Assembly (NCBI GenBank): GCA_017961685.1
Contig: JAGCWW010000003.1
Coordinates: 3,119-67,118 of the forward strand
Reading direction: 5' to 3'
DNA: 64,000 nt
Source of the DNA: Acholeplasmatales bacterium
GTDB taxonomy: Bacteria > Bacillota_I > Bacilli_A > Acholeplasmatales > JAEDCM01
Every line of letters starts with the position of its first letter. Within the stretch, counting starts at the first letter, position 1. This document shows positions 1 through 8,854 of the stretch, piece after piece. The notes beneath the pieces were generated by a model, which was given only the letters and a program-made list of their open reading frames with translations, made no database searches and was not told where the DNA came from. The translations under genes were made by a program, and so were the position numbers.

Positions 1-1034
1 AAATATAAGTCATTTCCATATTTTTCAACGGCATATATTAAACGATTAGCTTCAGGTATTTTCTTTGTATCTACATCAAACATAATATCAACTAGTGTTG
101 ATTTAGTAATGATTGATACACCGGAAATATATGATGCTATCCATAAGTTACCTTCATAATCAATTTCTAAGTCTACTAATTTTGTATTTTTTTCTAGTTT
201 ATTTGCTGCTGTTGCTTTATAAGTTAGAGTATCAATTGATTGTAAGCTCTTCTCACAAGCCGCAAATAATGTTTTGTCTTTGTCTGAATAAATGAATTTA
301 TGAGCAGTATCTGAACTACCTAAATTAATTGATTCATCTCTTACTTCTTGTGTATTTAAATCGTAGAAATTAATCATTCCATCTCTACCTGAAATAACTA
401 GAATGTCATTATAACAATAAATTGTATTAACTACTTGAGAAGGATAAATTAATTTTCCAGAATCATTACATATTCCTTCTGGTGTTTCAATGTATAAGTT
501 ATCATTGTGTAAAGCTAGTGATTCACAGTCAAATGTAATTGTTTCACTTTTTGACATTACATCTTTTTCAATATCATAGATGTATAAACCTTTTGAAGTT
601 GAAATATAAAGTATTCCATTACTATCAACACCTAGGTCATTAATTAGTACGTTATCTTCAAATAATTCAATCTTTCTAAATTCATAGTTATAATACATCG
701 ATAGTCCTATTGATGAGACCATAAATAATCTATTACGATATTGTTCTAAAACACGTACGTTTTCTAAAACATAATCGTTATTTTTGTATGAGTATTTGTT
801 ATAGGTTACTAATTCTTTTGAATCATATCTATTTAGTCCAGCAAATTGGCCAATCCAAATATAACCATCATCTGTTTGACAAATAGATCTTGCGCCTGTA
901 TTTTCTAATGCAACAGGAATTTCAGCTTTATCACTTAAATAAGAATAAGCAAATGCTTTTTTAGGCGCAACAAAGAATATGCAAATAGCAATTATTATGA
1001 ATAAAAATCTTCTTAAAAATATTTTTTTCATCAT
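1..1034 (-). CDS. N-terminal part of a secreted/membrane beta-propeller sensor protein (two-component regulator propeller-like); runs off the window start
   Basis: Not in the ORF track. Manual translation from ATG 1034/1031: MMKKIFLRRFLFIIIAICIFFVAPKKAFAY...SICQTDDGYIWIGQFAGLNRYD...DYEGNLWIASY, open to position 1. Signal-peptide-like N-terminus, propeller blade motifs, SD-like AGGAAGTGA and extended -10 TGCTATAAT upstream. Confidence 0.75.
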   Translation of the reverse strand, partial: MMKKIFLRRFLFIIIAICIFFVAPKKAFAYSYLSDKAEIPVALENTGARSICQTDDGYIWIGQFAGLNRYDSKELVTYNKYSYKNNDYVLENVRVLEQYRNRLFMVSSIGLSMYYNYEFRKIELFEDNVLINDLGVDSNGILYISTSKGLYIYDIEKDVMSKSETITFDCESLALHNDNLYIETPEGICNDSGKLIYPSQVVNTIYCYNDILVISGRDGMINFYDLNTQEVRDESINLGSSDTAHKFIYSDKDKTLFAACEKSLQSIDTLTYKATAANKLEKNTKLVDLEIDYEGNLWIASYISGVSIITKSTLVDIMFDVDTKKIPEANRLIYAVEKYGNDLY

Positions 1035-1134
1035 TATCACTTCCTATAACGTACTCTACAATTTAAATTATAGCATAAAAAAAAGTAAATTATCTATTCT
1101 TTCTATAAGAAATCATAAATAATTTACCAAATTT

Positions 1135-1671
1135 CTATTCACTAATGCATAAATAGTATTCTTTATCGTGGAAAGTTACTTTACTTATTTTAACATTAAT
1201 TGTTTGTCTAAAGATTTTATCGCTTAGACCAACACCTTCTTTTTTAGCATAAGCTTCTTTCATTGCCCATTTTCTTGCGATGAAATCTTCTTTATCGATT
1301 GCTTTTTCAAAATCTTCATATTCATCCTTAGATAAAATCTTTTGAGCAAGTTTTAAATTAGTAACTTTTCTAGCTAAGTCAATACCACATTCTTTTTCAG
1401 ATACAACTACACCAATGATATTATCTTCATGAGTAATATTAAAAAAGACATCTGGTTTGTTAGCAAAATGTGGTTTACCTTCAAAGATAATTTCTTCATC
1501 TTTAAATTCAGTTTCAAATGCTTCATCAGCAAGCTCAATCATCTTTAAATAAGCGAATTTACTGATTTTTCTCATTGTTGGATCAGTGTACTTGTTACAG
1601 TGTTCAACAATTGATGGATGAAGTTGTTTTTCATCAAAGTTTTCTTCAAATTTGTAAAGTTTAAATTGCAT
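1135..1671 (-). CDS. 4'-phosphopantetheinyl transferase, Sfp-like
   Basis: GKPHF, FNITH, CGID and KWAMKEAYAKKEGVGL motifs. Start moved to ATG 1671 behind AAGGAGG. Confidence 0.8.
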   Translation of the reverse strand: MQFKLYKFEENFDEKQLHPSIVEHCNKYTDPTMRKISKFAYLKMIELADEAFETEFKDEEIIFEGKPHFANKPDVFFNITHEDNIIGVVVSEKECGIDLARKVTNLKLAQKILSKDEYEDFEKAIDKEDFIARKWAMKEAYAKKEGVGLSDKIFRQTINVKISKVTFHDKEYYLCISE

Positions 1672-1695
1672 AATTTTACCCTCCTTATATATAAC

Positions 1696-1723
1696 AAAAA
1701 AAGGCCGCAATAAGCCCTTTTTT
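1696..1723 (-). terminator. Probable intrinsic terminator after rpsO
   Basis: AAAAAAGGGC-TTATTGC-GGCCTTTTTTT on the minus strand right at the stop codon; short imperfect stem. Confidence 0.55.
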
Positions 1724-1988
1724 ATCTACGTAAACCAAGTTTATCGATCAATGCTCTATATCTATTAAGATCTTTCTTTTGTAGATATTGTAATAAACTT
1801 CTACGTTGACCAATCTTCATCATTTGACCACGTTTAGAACCAAAATCATGGATATGGAACTTTAAGTGTTCATTTAAGACGTTGATTTCTTCTGTTAAAA
1901 TTGCGATTTGTACTTCTGGAGAACCTGTATCTCCTTCTTTAGTTGCAAATTCTTTAACAATTCTAGCTTTTGTTTCTTTAGATAACAT
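1722..1988 (-). CDS. rpsO: 30S ribosomal protein S15
   Basis: [14 protein letters not shown]...HDFGSKRG...LIDKLGLRR, 88 aa. Confidence 0.98.
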   Translation of the reverse strand: MLSKETKARIVKEFATKEGDTGSPEVQIAILTEEINVLNEHLKFHIHDFGSKRGQMMKIGQRRSLLQYLQKKDLNRYRALIDKLGLRR

Positions 1989-2010
1989 TTTCTTTTCCTC
2001 CTATTTTTTA

Positions 2011-2068
2011 TTGTCGTTTAAATCTAAGTAATTCGTTGGAGATTCGAAAAACCAAGAATTAAACCAAA
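2011..2068 (-). ncRNA. Probable S15 autoregulatory leader RNA
   Basis: Between promoter and SD of rpsO. Nested pairings GTTTAA/TTAAAC and TTCG/CGAA around GAATCTCCAAC, reminiscent of Firmicutes rpsO leaders. Confidence 0.55.
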
Positions 2069-2071
2069 GAT

Positions 2072-2100
2072 ATTATATTATAATTATATAATTAAGTCAA
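2072..2100 (-). promoter_or_regulatory. SigA promoter of rpsO
   Basis: TTGACT (2100-2095), 17 bp spacer, TATAAT (2077-2072). Confidence 0.75.
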
Positions 2101-2104
2101 TAAA

Positions 2105-2476
2105 TTAATTTACTTTTTTACCGCAATATTTGCAAAATTCACTATCTTCATCAATTATATTGCCACAGTACTTGCAAAACTTTTCTCTATTTGAATATTC
2201 ATCGTTACTTTCATTAGTTGTTTTTCCATGCATAGCGTTATATAAATTTTCTCTTGCTTTATCAATTTCTAAATCTGTTCTTAATCTTCTCATGGTAGGT
2301 AAACCTGTAACCATACAACCTAAAGCAAATATAATTCCACCACCAAAGCTAATGAAAATGTATCTTGCATCTTTGTTCATAAAACATAATACTGGGCCTG
2401 TAAAAAATATAGCTAAACCAATTAGTATAATTAATATTCCAAATATTGTAATTGGCTTTATACCGTTCTTTTCCAT
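2105..2476 (-). CDS. Membrane protein with C-terminal double zinc ribbon
   Basis: Two hydrophobic segments; FCKYCG...FCKYCG C-terminus. Confidence 0.75.
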   Translation of the reverse strand: MEKNGIKPITIFGILIILIGLAIFFTGPVLCFMNKDARYIFISFGGGIIFALGCMVTGLPTMRRLRTDLEIDKARENLYNAMHGKTTNESNDEYSNREKFCKYCGNIIDEDSEFCKYCGKKVN

Positions 2477-2484
2477 TACATCAC

Positions 2485-3603
2485 CTATTTAGAATCAGCG
2501 TAATATCTTTCTAGTGTGCTATCAAAATCATTAGAGATGAATTTATATACTTCACCACCAGTAATCTTAGATGGATCATAAGCATCAATAGCCATTAATG
2601 CTGAATAATATTCATAATCTTCAGGATTAGATGTATCATTAGCTAATTCTACATATTGTTGATAAACTGCTTCTATTGTTGCAGAATAACCTACATAATC
2701 AGTATTTTCAAATGAGTTATCAGTATCTAGGAAGAAATCAATAAATTTATGTGCTAAATCTACTTTTTCACTAGTTGTTGGAATAACTAAACCATCATAG
2801 AATACATTATTCTTTTCAGTTGGAGCGTATAGACCAAATTTTGTATCTGGATCATCTTCATCTTGAATGAATTTATATCTTTGATCAAAATAATCTCCTG
2901 AATATACTAAGGCAATATCTAAGTTACCTAAAGCAACTTTACCCTTTAGGTCATCTCCTCCTCTACCTTCGTATTTATTAGCTTTAAGTAAATCTCTACA
3001 AGCTTTTAATTCTTCATCATTAGTAGTATTAAGTGAATATCCTAGATATGCTTCACAAGCAGCAAATGCATCTCTTGCACAATCATACATTCCTCTAGTA
3101 GTTCCTGAAGGAAGTACTGATTTATCAAATAAACACTTAAATCCATTTGCTTTAACAGCTTCTTCTACACCAGCTTTTTGCTTATTATACATAATACCTA
3201 GCGAACCCCAGAAATAAGGAATGAAATAATCTTTATATTCAGCACCATCAGTATTAATTAATGTTTGTAATGATTCTCTAAACATACCTTCAGAATAGTT
3301 AGTTAATTTAGATTTATCAATCTTATTTAATAAACCATCATGTTGTAGCTTTGAAATCATATAATCGCTTGGTACTGCGATATCATATTTAGATTTTTGG
3401 TTTTTAATGTTTAAATACATATCTTCATTTGATTCAGATAAAATGATTTTAACATTACAATTATTTTCCTTTTCAAACTTTTCAACTACTTCTTCATTAA
3501 TGTAGTCTCCCCAGTTTAAAACCTTTAATGTTTCTTTATTTGAACATGCAGCTAAACTAAACATTGAAGCTGCGCCTAATAATAATCCTAATAATTTTTT
3601 CAT
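2485..3603 (-). CDS. potD: Spermidine/putrescine ABC transporter substrate-binding lipoprotein
   Basis: Lipobox LAAC, LNWGDYI, VPSDYM, PYFWG, YSGD motifs; operon context. Confidence 0.93.
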   Translation of the reverse strand: MKKLLGLLLGAASMFSLAACSNKETLKVLNWGDYINEEVVEKFEKENNCNVKIILSESNEDMYLNIKNQKSKYDIAVPSDYMISKLQHDGLLNKIDKSKLTNYSEGMFRESLQTLINTDGAEYKDYFIPYFWGSLGIMYNKQKAGVEEAVKANGFKCLFDKSVLPSGTTRGMYDCARDAFAACEAYLGYSLNTTNDEELKACRDLLKANKYEGRGGDDLKGKVALGNLDIALVYSGDYFDQRYKFIQDEDDPDTKFGLYAPTEKNNVFYDGLVIPTTSEKVDLAHKFIDFFLDTDNSFENTDYVGYSATIEAVYQQYVELANDTSNPEDYEYYSALMAIDAYDPSKITGGEVYKFISNDFDSTLERYYADSK

Positions 3604-4457
3604 TTTAATTTCTTCTCCTTTTTTCTTTTAATTATGTTATAAACTATTAAGCAAGTAATAGTTATTAATGTAAGTAGCGTGTTGTATGCAGCAGCAAGTT
3701 GCATTTGTCCAGATCTTTGAGTTCTTCTATTAGTATAGAACCAAGTTGAGAAGTTTTGAGCATTATCTCCACCAACAAAATAACTAATAACGAAATCATC
3801 AATTGACATTGTAAATGCTAGCATTGCACCTGTAAATATACCCATCTTTATAGCTGGAATAATTACTTTTAATATTGCACGTCTAGGTTTGCAACCTAAA
3901 TCAAGTGCTGCATCATATAAGTTCTTATCAATTTCACCTAGCTTAGGTAGTACTGATAATACTACATAAGGGGTAGCAAAGAATATATGTGATATTACTA
4001 ATGTAAAGTAATTTAATCTATTAGATGGATCTATTCTTAATATTACTCCAATTACTTGGAATACGATGAATAATAATATTGCTGTAGCTATATCGGCATT
4101 TAATATTGGAACGTTATTTAACATAATCATTTGTTTTCTTCTCTTCTTACTTAAAGAGTGAATACCTATTGCTGTTATAGTTCCAAGTATTGTCGCAAAG
4201 ATAGTCGCAATAATTGATACTAAAATAGTATTTTTAAATATGATTGTCATCAAATCATGATTTTGGAATAATTTAACATACCATTTAAGAGTAAAACCAG
4301 TAAAACTCTTTTCTGTTGTACTCTTATTAACTGATGTTAAGGAAATTGTAACTAATGGAATATATGTTAAGAATAATACAATAATTAGGAAGCTGTATTT
4401 AAGAATACTTGATATGATTGGCTTTCTTTTCTTGTTATAATATGTGTTTGTTCTCAT
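3600..4457 (-). CDS. potC: Spermidine/putrescine ABC transporter permease
   Basis: FTLKWY, DAALDLG (EAA loop), FTMSIDDF. Confidence 0.92.
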   Translation of the reverse strand: MRTNTYYNKKRKPIISSILKYSFLIIVLFLTYIPLVTISLTSVNKSTTEKSFTGFTLKWYVKLFQNHDLMTIIFKNTILVSIIATIFATILGTITAIGIHSLSKKRRKQMIMLNNVPILNADIATAILLFIVFQVIGVILRIDPSNRLNYFTLVISHIFFATPYVVLSVLPKLGEIDKNLYDAALDLGCKPRRAILKVIIPAIKMGIFTGAMLAFTMSIDDFVISYFVGGDNAQNFSTWFYTNRRTQRSGQMQLAAAYNTLLTLITITCLIVYNIIKRKKEKKLK

Positions 4458-5272
4458 AGTAAAGTTTCTCCTTCTGGATCTAACTTACCTATTAGCCAAA
4501 TCGCAAATAATATTATTATAATTATTGTTAAAGCCGCAAGCATTCCTTGTGTCCAATTTTGTGTTTTCTTAAATATTTTTTCAATAATATTACCTATTAA
4601 TTGAATGTTTCCATCAGATATAATTTCAGTTATTGTAAATCCCATCGCACAAGGTAGAAATACCATTGTTACGCCACTTGTCACACCTTTCATAGAAAGT
4701 GGTAAAGTGATTTTTAAGAATGTTTTTCTAGGATTTGCTCCTAAGTCTTCACTAGCTTCTATTAGTGAATTATCAATCTTTTCTAAGACGGTATAAATTG
4801 GGAAAATCATAAATGGTAAATAGACAATTATCATTACAATTATTACCGCAGCCTCAGAACCTGTTAGGTTTAAACTATAATGGAATATGCTTTGCATTAA
4901 TCCATTTTTAGATAACATTTTATTAATTGTCTCTATTCTAAGTAACATGTTAGTCCACATTGGAAGAATAAAGATTATTAAAAGTAATGACTTACTTATA
5001 AATTTTATTTTACTTATGATATAAGCAATTGGATAAGCTATTAAAAGACAACCAGCGGTTGCGATTAAGCTTATTTTAAGTGCTCTTAAGAATGCTTTAA
5101 TATAAGTTTGGTTAAATACATTAGCAAAATTTGATAGGGTAAATTTAGCGTTTTGAATATCTAGATAATCCATCTTTACAAAAGACATGATTATCATTAG
5201 TACTAAAGGAATTAAAACTAAGATCATCATCCATACTAAATATGGAATAGCTAGTTTTTTAAATTTGTTCAT
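4454..5272 (-). CDS. potB: Spermidine/putrescine ABC transporter permease
   Basis: AYPIAY, LPMWTNMLLR, EASEDLGA, TLPLS. Confidence 0.92.
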   Translation of the reverse strand: MNKFKKLAIPYLVWMMILVLIPLVLMIIMSFVKMDYLDIQNAKFTLSNFANVFNQTYIKAFLRALKISLIATAGCLLIAYPIAYIISKIKFISKSLLLIIFILPMWTNMLLRIETINKMLSKNGLMQSIFHYSLNLTGSEAAVIIVMIIVYLPFMIFPIYTVLEKIDNSLIEASEDLGANPRKTFLKITLPLSMKGVTSGVTMVFLPCAMGFTITEIISDGNIQLIGNIIEKIFKKTQNWTQGMLAALTIIIIILFAIWLIGKLDPEGETLL

Positions 5273-6983
5273 TAATTACTTCTTCCTCTTTGTCTACCTT
5301 CATTAAGTGAATTTCATATGGATCAACAGAAAAACCTATTTTATCTCCTACATTAAAGTTTTCATATTGATGTAATACAAATTCAACTCCATCAACGATA
5401 GCACAAATTTCAAAGTGAACTCCTTTAAATACAATTGAATCAACAACACCAACTAATTTTGCTTTATCTAAACTTACTATATCAAAGTCTTCTGGTCTAA
5501 TAACTACATCACATGCCTCATTAACTTCAAAGTTTTCATCTACACAGTCAAATACTTGACCCATAAATTCAACTTTTTTATCTCCTAAGTACTTTCCTCT
5601 AATGATATTAGATTCACCGATAAAGTTCGCTACAAAGCGGTTTTTAGGTTCATTATATACATCTTCAGGAGTACCTATTTGTTGAATAATACCATCTTTC
5701 ATAACTACAACAGTATCACTCATTGTTAAAGCTTCTTCTTGATCATGTGTTACGAAGATAAAAGTAATACCTAGCTTTCTTTGCATTTCTTTTATTTCAT
5801 ATTGCATGTTTTGACGTAACTTTAAATCTAGGGCTGAAAGTGGTTCATCAAGTAACAATATCTTTGGCCTATTAACAACCGCTCTAGCGATAGCTACACG
5901 TTGTTGTTGACCACCAGACATATTATTAATTCTTCTATATTCATAACCTTCAAGCTTAACTAATTTTAATGCTTCTAATACTTTTTCTTTTATTTGCTTT
6001 TTAGTAAGCATTAGAGACTTTGCACTTTTGGTTTCAGCAGCTTGATCCTTATATAATTCTTTTAATTCTTTTTCTAATTTATCTAATTCTTCCCATGAAG
6101 AAACTTTCTTAAGTTGCTTTAATTCAACTTCATATTTTTTTTCGGCTTTTCCCTTAGGTGTGCCATTTTGAATATCTTCATAAATTAGATTTTCGATTTC
6201 TTTAATTCTTATTTTAGCGTTCTTAACTTCTTCGTCCTTATTCCATTCAACTTCAATTTTAGCTTCTAATTCAGGAATTAATTTATTATATTTATCTTCA
6301 ACAGCTTTTAAACGTTCTTCTACTAATTTTTCTTTTTCTTCATAGATTGTTTCATCTATTTTTTTCTTTAGAGCTTTCATTTCCATTTTAAGCTCATATT
6401 TTCTATTACTTATTTTCTTCTTTTCTTCATATAAGATATTATCATTTTCTTTATCTTTTTCTTTGATTTGTAGAGCTAAAGCATTTTTTTCTTCATCAGT
6501 CATATTCTTTTTAGTGTTTGACTTTTTGAATTCATCTAATTCTTTTTTAAGTTTGTTTTTTAACTTATCATAATTAATATCTAAATCTTTATCTTCTTTA
6601 GCAATTCTTCTACGCTCTGGTTCAAATTTTCTTCTTATATTACTTTTTAACTCTTCATAAGTTCTATTATAGTTTCTTAAACCAAATGCGACATTATCAA
6701 ATACATTTAAATGTGGAAATAAGGCATATCTTTGAAATACAGTATTAATTGGTCTAACGTATGGTGGGAAGTTATTAACTAATTCACCATCTAAAATAAT
6801 TTCACCTGAATCTGGTGATTCAAAACCACCAATCATTCTAAGTGTAGTTGTTTTACCACAGCCTGATGGACCAAGTAGAGTTACAAATTCATTTTCATTA
6901 ATGTATAAGTTTAAATTTTTAACAACTTCTACTCCATCATATGATTTAGTTATATTCTTTAAAATAATTAATTTCTTAGCCAT
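5259..6983 (-). CDS. potA: Spermidine/putrescine ABC transporter ATPase with about 220 aa charged insertion
   Basis: GPSGCGKT, MSGGQQQR, LLDEPLSALD, THDQEEA, C-terminal TOBE-like region. Confidence 0.93.
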   Translation of the reverse strand: MAKKLIILKNITKSYDGVEVVKNLNLYINENEFVTLLGPSGCGKTTTLRMIGGFESPDSGEIILDGELVNNFPPYVRPINTVFQRYALFPHLNVFDNVAFGLRNYNRTYEELKSNIRRKFEPERRRIAKEDKDLDINYDKLKNKLKKELDEFKKSNTKKNMTDEEKNALALQIKEKDKENDNILYEEKKKISNRKYELKMEMKALKKKIDETIYEEKEKLVEERLKAVEDKYNKLIPELEAKIEVEWNKDEEVKNAKIRIKEIENLIYEDIQNGTPKGKAEKKYEVELKQLKKVSSWEELDKLEKELKELYKDQAAETKSAKSLMLTKKQIKEKVLEALKLVKLEGYEYRRINNMSGGQQQRVAIARAVVNRPKILLLDEPLSALDLKLRQNMQYEIKEMQRKLGITFIFVTHDQEEALTMSDTVVVMKDGIIQQIGTPEDVYNEPKNRFVANFIGESNIIRGKYLGDKKVEFMGQVFDCVDENFEVNEACDVVIRPEDFDIVSLDKAKLVGVVDSIVFKGVHFEICAIVDGVEFVLHQYENFNVGDKIGFSVDPYEIHLMKVDKEEEVINEQI

Positions 6984-6992
6984 AATAACCTC

Positions 6993-7520
6993 CTAAAAAT
7001 TAGGTGGGCAACTTACCCATATAACCTTAGATTTTTTTACTGATTCAATGTAATGTACTTTATCAGTTTTATAATAAAAGGATTCACCCTTTTTAACACG
7101 TTTTTTTAAATTACCATAGATGACATTTATTTCACCATCTATTACATAACCAAATTCTTCACCAACATGAGGCATATCTTCAACTGTTTTTTGTTTTTCA
7201 GCAAGCTCTATAATAATTGGTTCCATTTCTTGAATTTGACTATTTGGAACTAACCAAGTAATAGTGTAACCATTATATTCACAAACATAATGATCGTCTT
7301 TATTAAAGACAATTGGTGTTTCTTCATCTTCTTGGAAGAATGTAGATAAATTGGTTCCAAGTATTTCTAATATATTTGTTAAAGTTTTTAGTGATGGACT
7401 TGTTTTGTTATTTTCTAACTGTGAAATATAACTTTTGGTAAGTTCACATCTATCCGCTAATTCTTCTTGTGTTAGATTAAGAAGAATTCTTCTATCTTTA
7501 ATTTTTTTACCTAAATCCAT
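6993..7520 (-). CDS. XRE-HTH plus cupin regulator (PotR/PuuR-like)
   Basis: LTQEELADRCELTKSYISQLENNKTSPS and PHVGEEFGYV; first gene of the pot operon. Confidence 0.88.
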   Translation of the reverse strand: MDLGKKIKDRRILLNLTQEELADRCELTKSYISQLENNKTSPSLKTLTNILEILGTNLSTFFQEDEETPIVFNKDDHYVCEYNGYTITWLVPNSQIQEMEPIIIELAEKQKTVEDMPHVGEEFGYVIDGEINVIYGNLKKRVKKGESFYYKTDKVHYIESVKKSKVIWVSCPPNF

Positions 7521-7544
7521 ATTATCACCTCGGTTGTTTATTAC

Positions 7545-7619
7545 TAAACTTTAAGTTTATAATTACTTAACAATACTAACAAACAATTATGATTATATAA
7601 CAAATATTTTGTATGTCAA
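7545..7619 (-). promoter_or_regulatory. pot operon promoter and candidate operator
   Basis: TTGACA (7619-7614), 16 bp spacer, TATAAT (7597-7592); perfect 7-1-7 inverted repeat TAAACTT-T-AAGTTTA at 7545-7559. Confidence 0.55.
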
Positions 7620-7669
7620 TATATTTATAATATATTTTAATAAAAAAACTAAAAAATTAATTAAAAAGA

Positions 7670-7697
7670 AAAAAATGCTAGTTTTTCTAGCATTTTT
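7670..7697 (-). terminator. Intrinsic terminator
   Basis: AAAAATGCTAG/CTAGCATTTTT inverted repeat followed by a T-run on the minus strand. Confidence 0.7.
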
Positions 7698-7700
7698 AAG

Positions 7701-8840
7701 TTATTTTTTTAGTTTATTAATTAAAGATGTTATTTCAGCATCTGTCATACCACCGTATTTTAAATAATTTCTTGCATAACTACTTAAATCACCTTTAGTA
7801 TAATCAGCATCATTACATATAAATTTAAGCATAGCATCAACATTTCTTTTCTTAATAATTTCATATCTATCATCAGTTTTAGTGATTCCATAATAATTAT
7901 CATAAGTTAACATATAATCATCAACAATTTCTTTGTATGTTGCGCTCATTAAAGCTTCTATAACAATACAAACAAAGCCTGTTCTATCTTTTCCTTCTTG
8001 ACAGTGAATTAGAATTGCGCCGTCACTATTAAGTATTGATTTAAAGCCTAAAGCGACCTTTTCTGCAAATTCTTCTGATGTATAATTCATATTCATTGCT
8101 AGTGGTATTACACTATCTTTATCATCATTAGTATATGTTAAGAAAAACTTTTCGCTTTGGTATAAGCTTAAGAAATATGGAGAATTAAAATCATCTTTTT
8201 CAATATAGCTTTGAATCTTTTCTGGAGTATCCGCTAAATTTATGATAAATTTAATTTCTTCTCTTTCCATTAAAGAATCAGTTGTGCTTGCTCTTTTTCT
8301 TTTATTATCACAAGGACTAGCTGAACGATATAATATGTTTTCTTTTAGATTACCTACATTCATAGCTCTAAAATTAGCAAATATTTCATCACTTTCAAAT
8401 AATGATTTATCATCATAATATGTAATATCACATGATTTTTGAATATCTAAATATTTACCAGTTTTATTTAGGGTAATAGTTGCTTTATCTTCTAAAGATA
8501 GGTTAGCTACAACAAATAAATCATCACCATAATTTATGGCTGCTTTTATGTAGTCATATCCAGGATAACCAACAAGTAGTGTACTACCTGCATCTACATA
8601 ATAGCCATTATAATAAGGAATATCTTTTAATTTATAGCCGTTTGTAAATGTAATATCAACACTATCACCAAAAGTAAAGCCTAATTCATTAAATTCTTCG
8701 ATAGTCTTTTTAATATAAATACCACCAAATTCCTCTTCATTAGTTATCTCTATATTTTTTATTTGTAGTTTTTTCTTATTACAAGCAAGTAATGTAAAAA
8801 CCATAAAAATAGATAAAACTATACCTAAAACTTTCTTCAT
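7701..8840 (-). CDS. Lipoprotein, protein-tyrosine/lipid phosphatase family (IphP/LipA-like)
   Basis: Lipobox LLAC; NFRAM, LYRSAS, HCQEGKDRTG (CX5R P-loop), IVDDYMLT. Confidence 0.85.
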   Translation of the reverse strand: MKKVLGIVLSIFMVFTLLACNKKKLQIKNIEITNEEEFGGIYIKKTIEEFNELGFTFGDSVDITFTNGYKLKDIPYYNGYYVDAGSTLLVGYPGYDYIKAAINYGDDLFVVANLSLEDKATITLNKTGKYLDIQKSCDITYYDDKSLFESDEIFANFRAMNVGNLKENILYRSASPCDNKRKRASTTDSLMEREEIKFIINLADTPEKIQSYIEKDDFNSPYFLSLYQSEKFFLTYTNDDKDSVIPLAMNMNYTSEEFAEKVALGFKSILNSDGAILIHCQEGKDRTGFVCIVIEALMSATYKEIVDDYMLTYDNYYGITKTDDRYEIIKKRNVDAMLKFICNDADYTKGDLSSYARNYLKYGGMTDAEITSLINKLKK

Positions 8841-8854
8841 CCTATCAAATCCTT

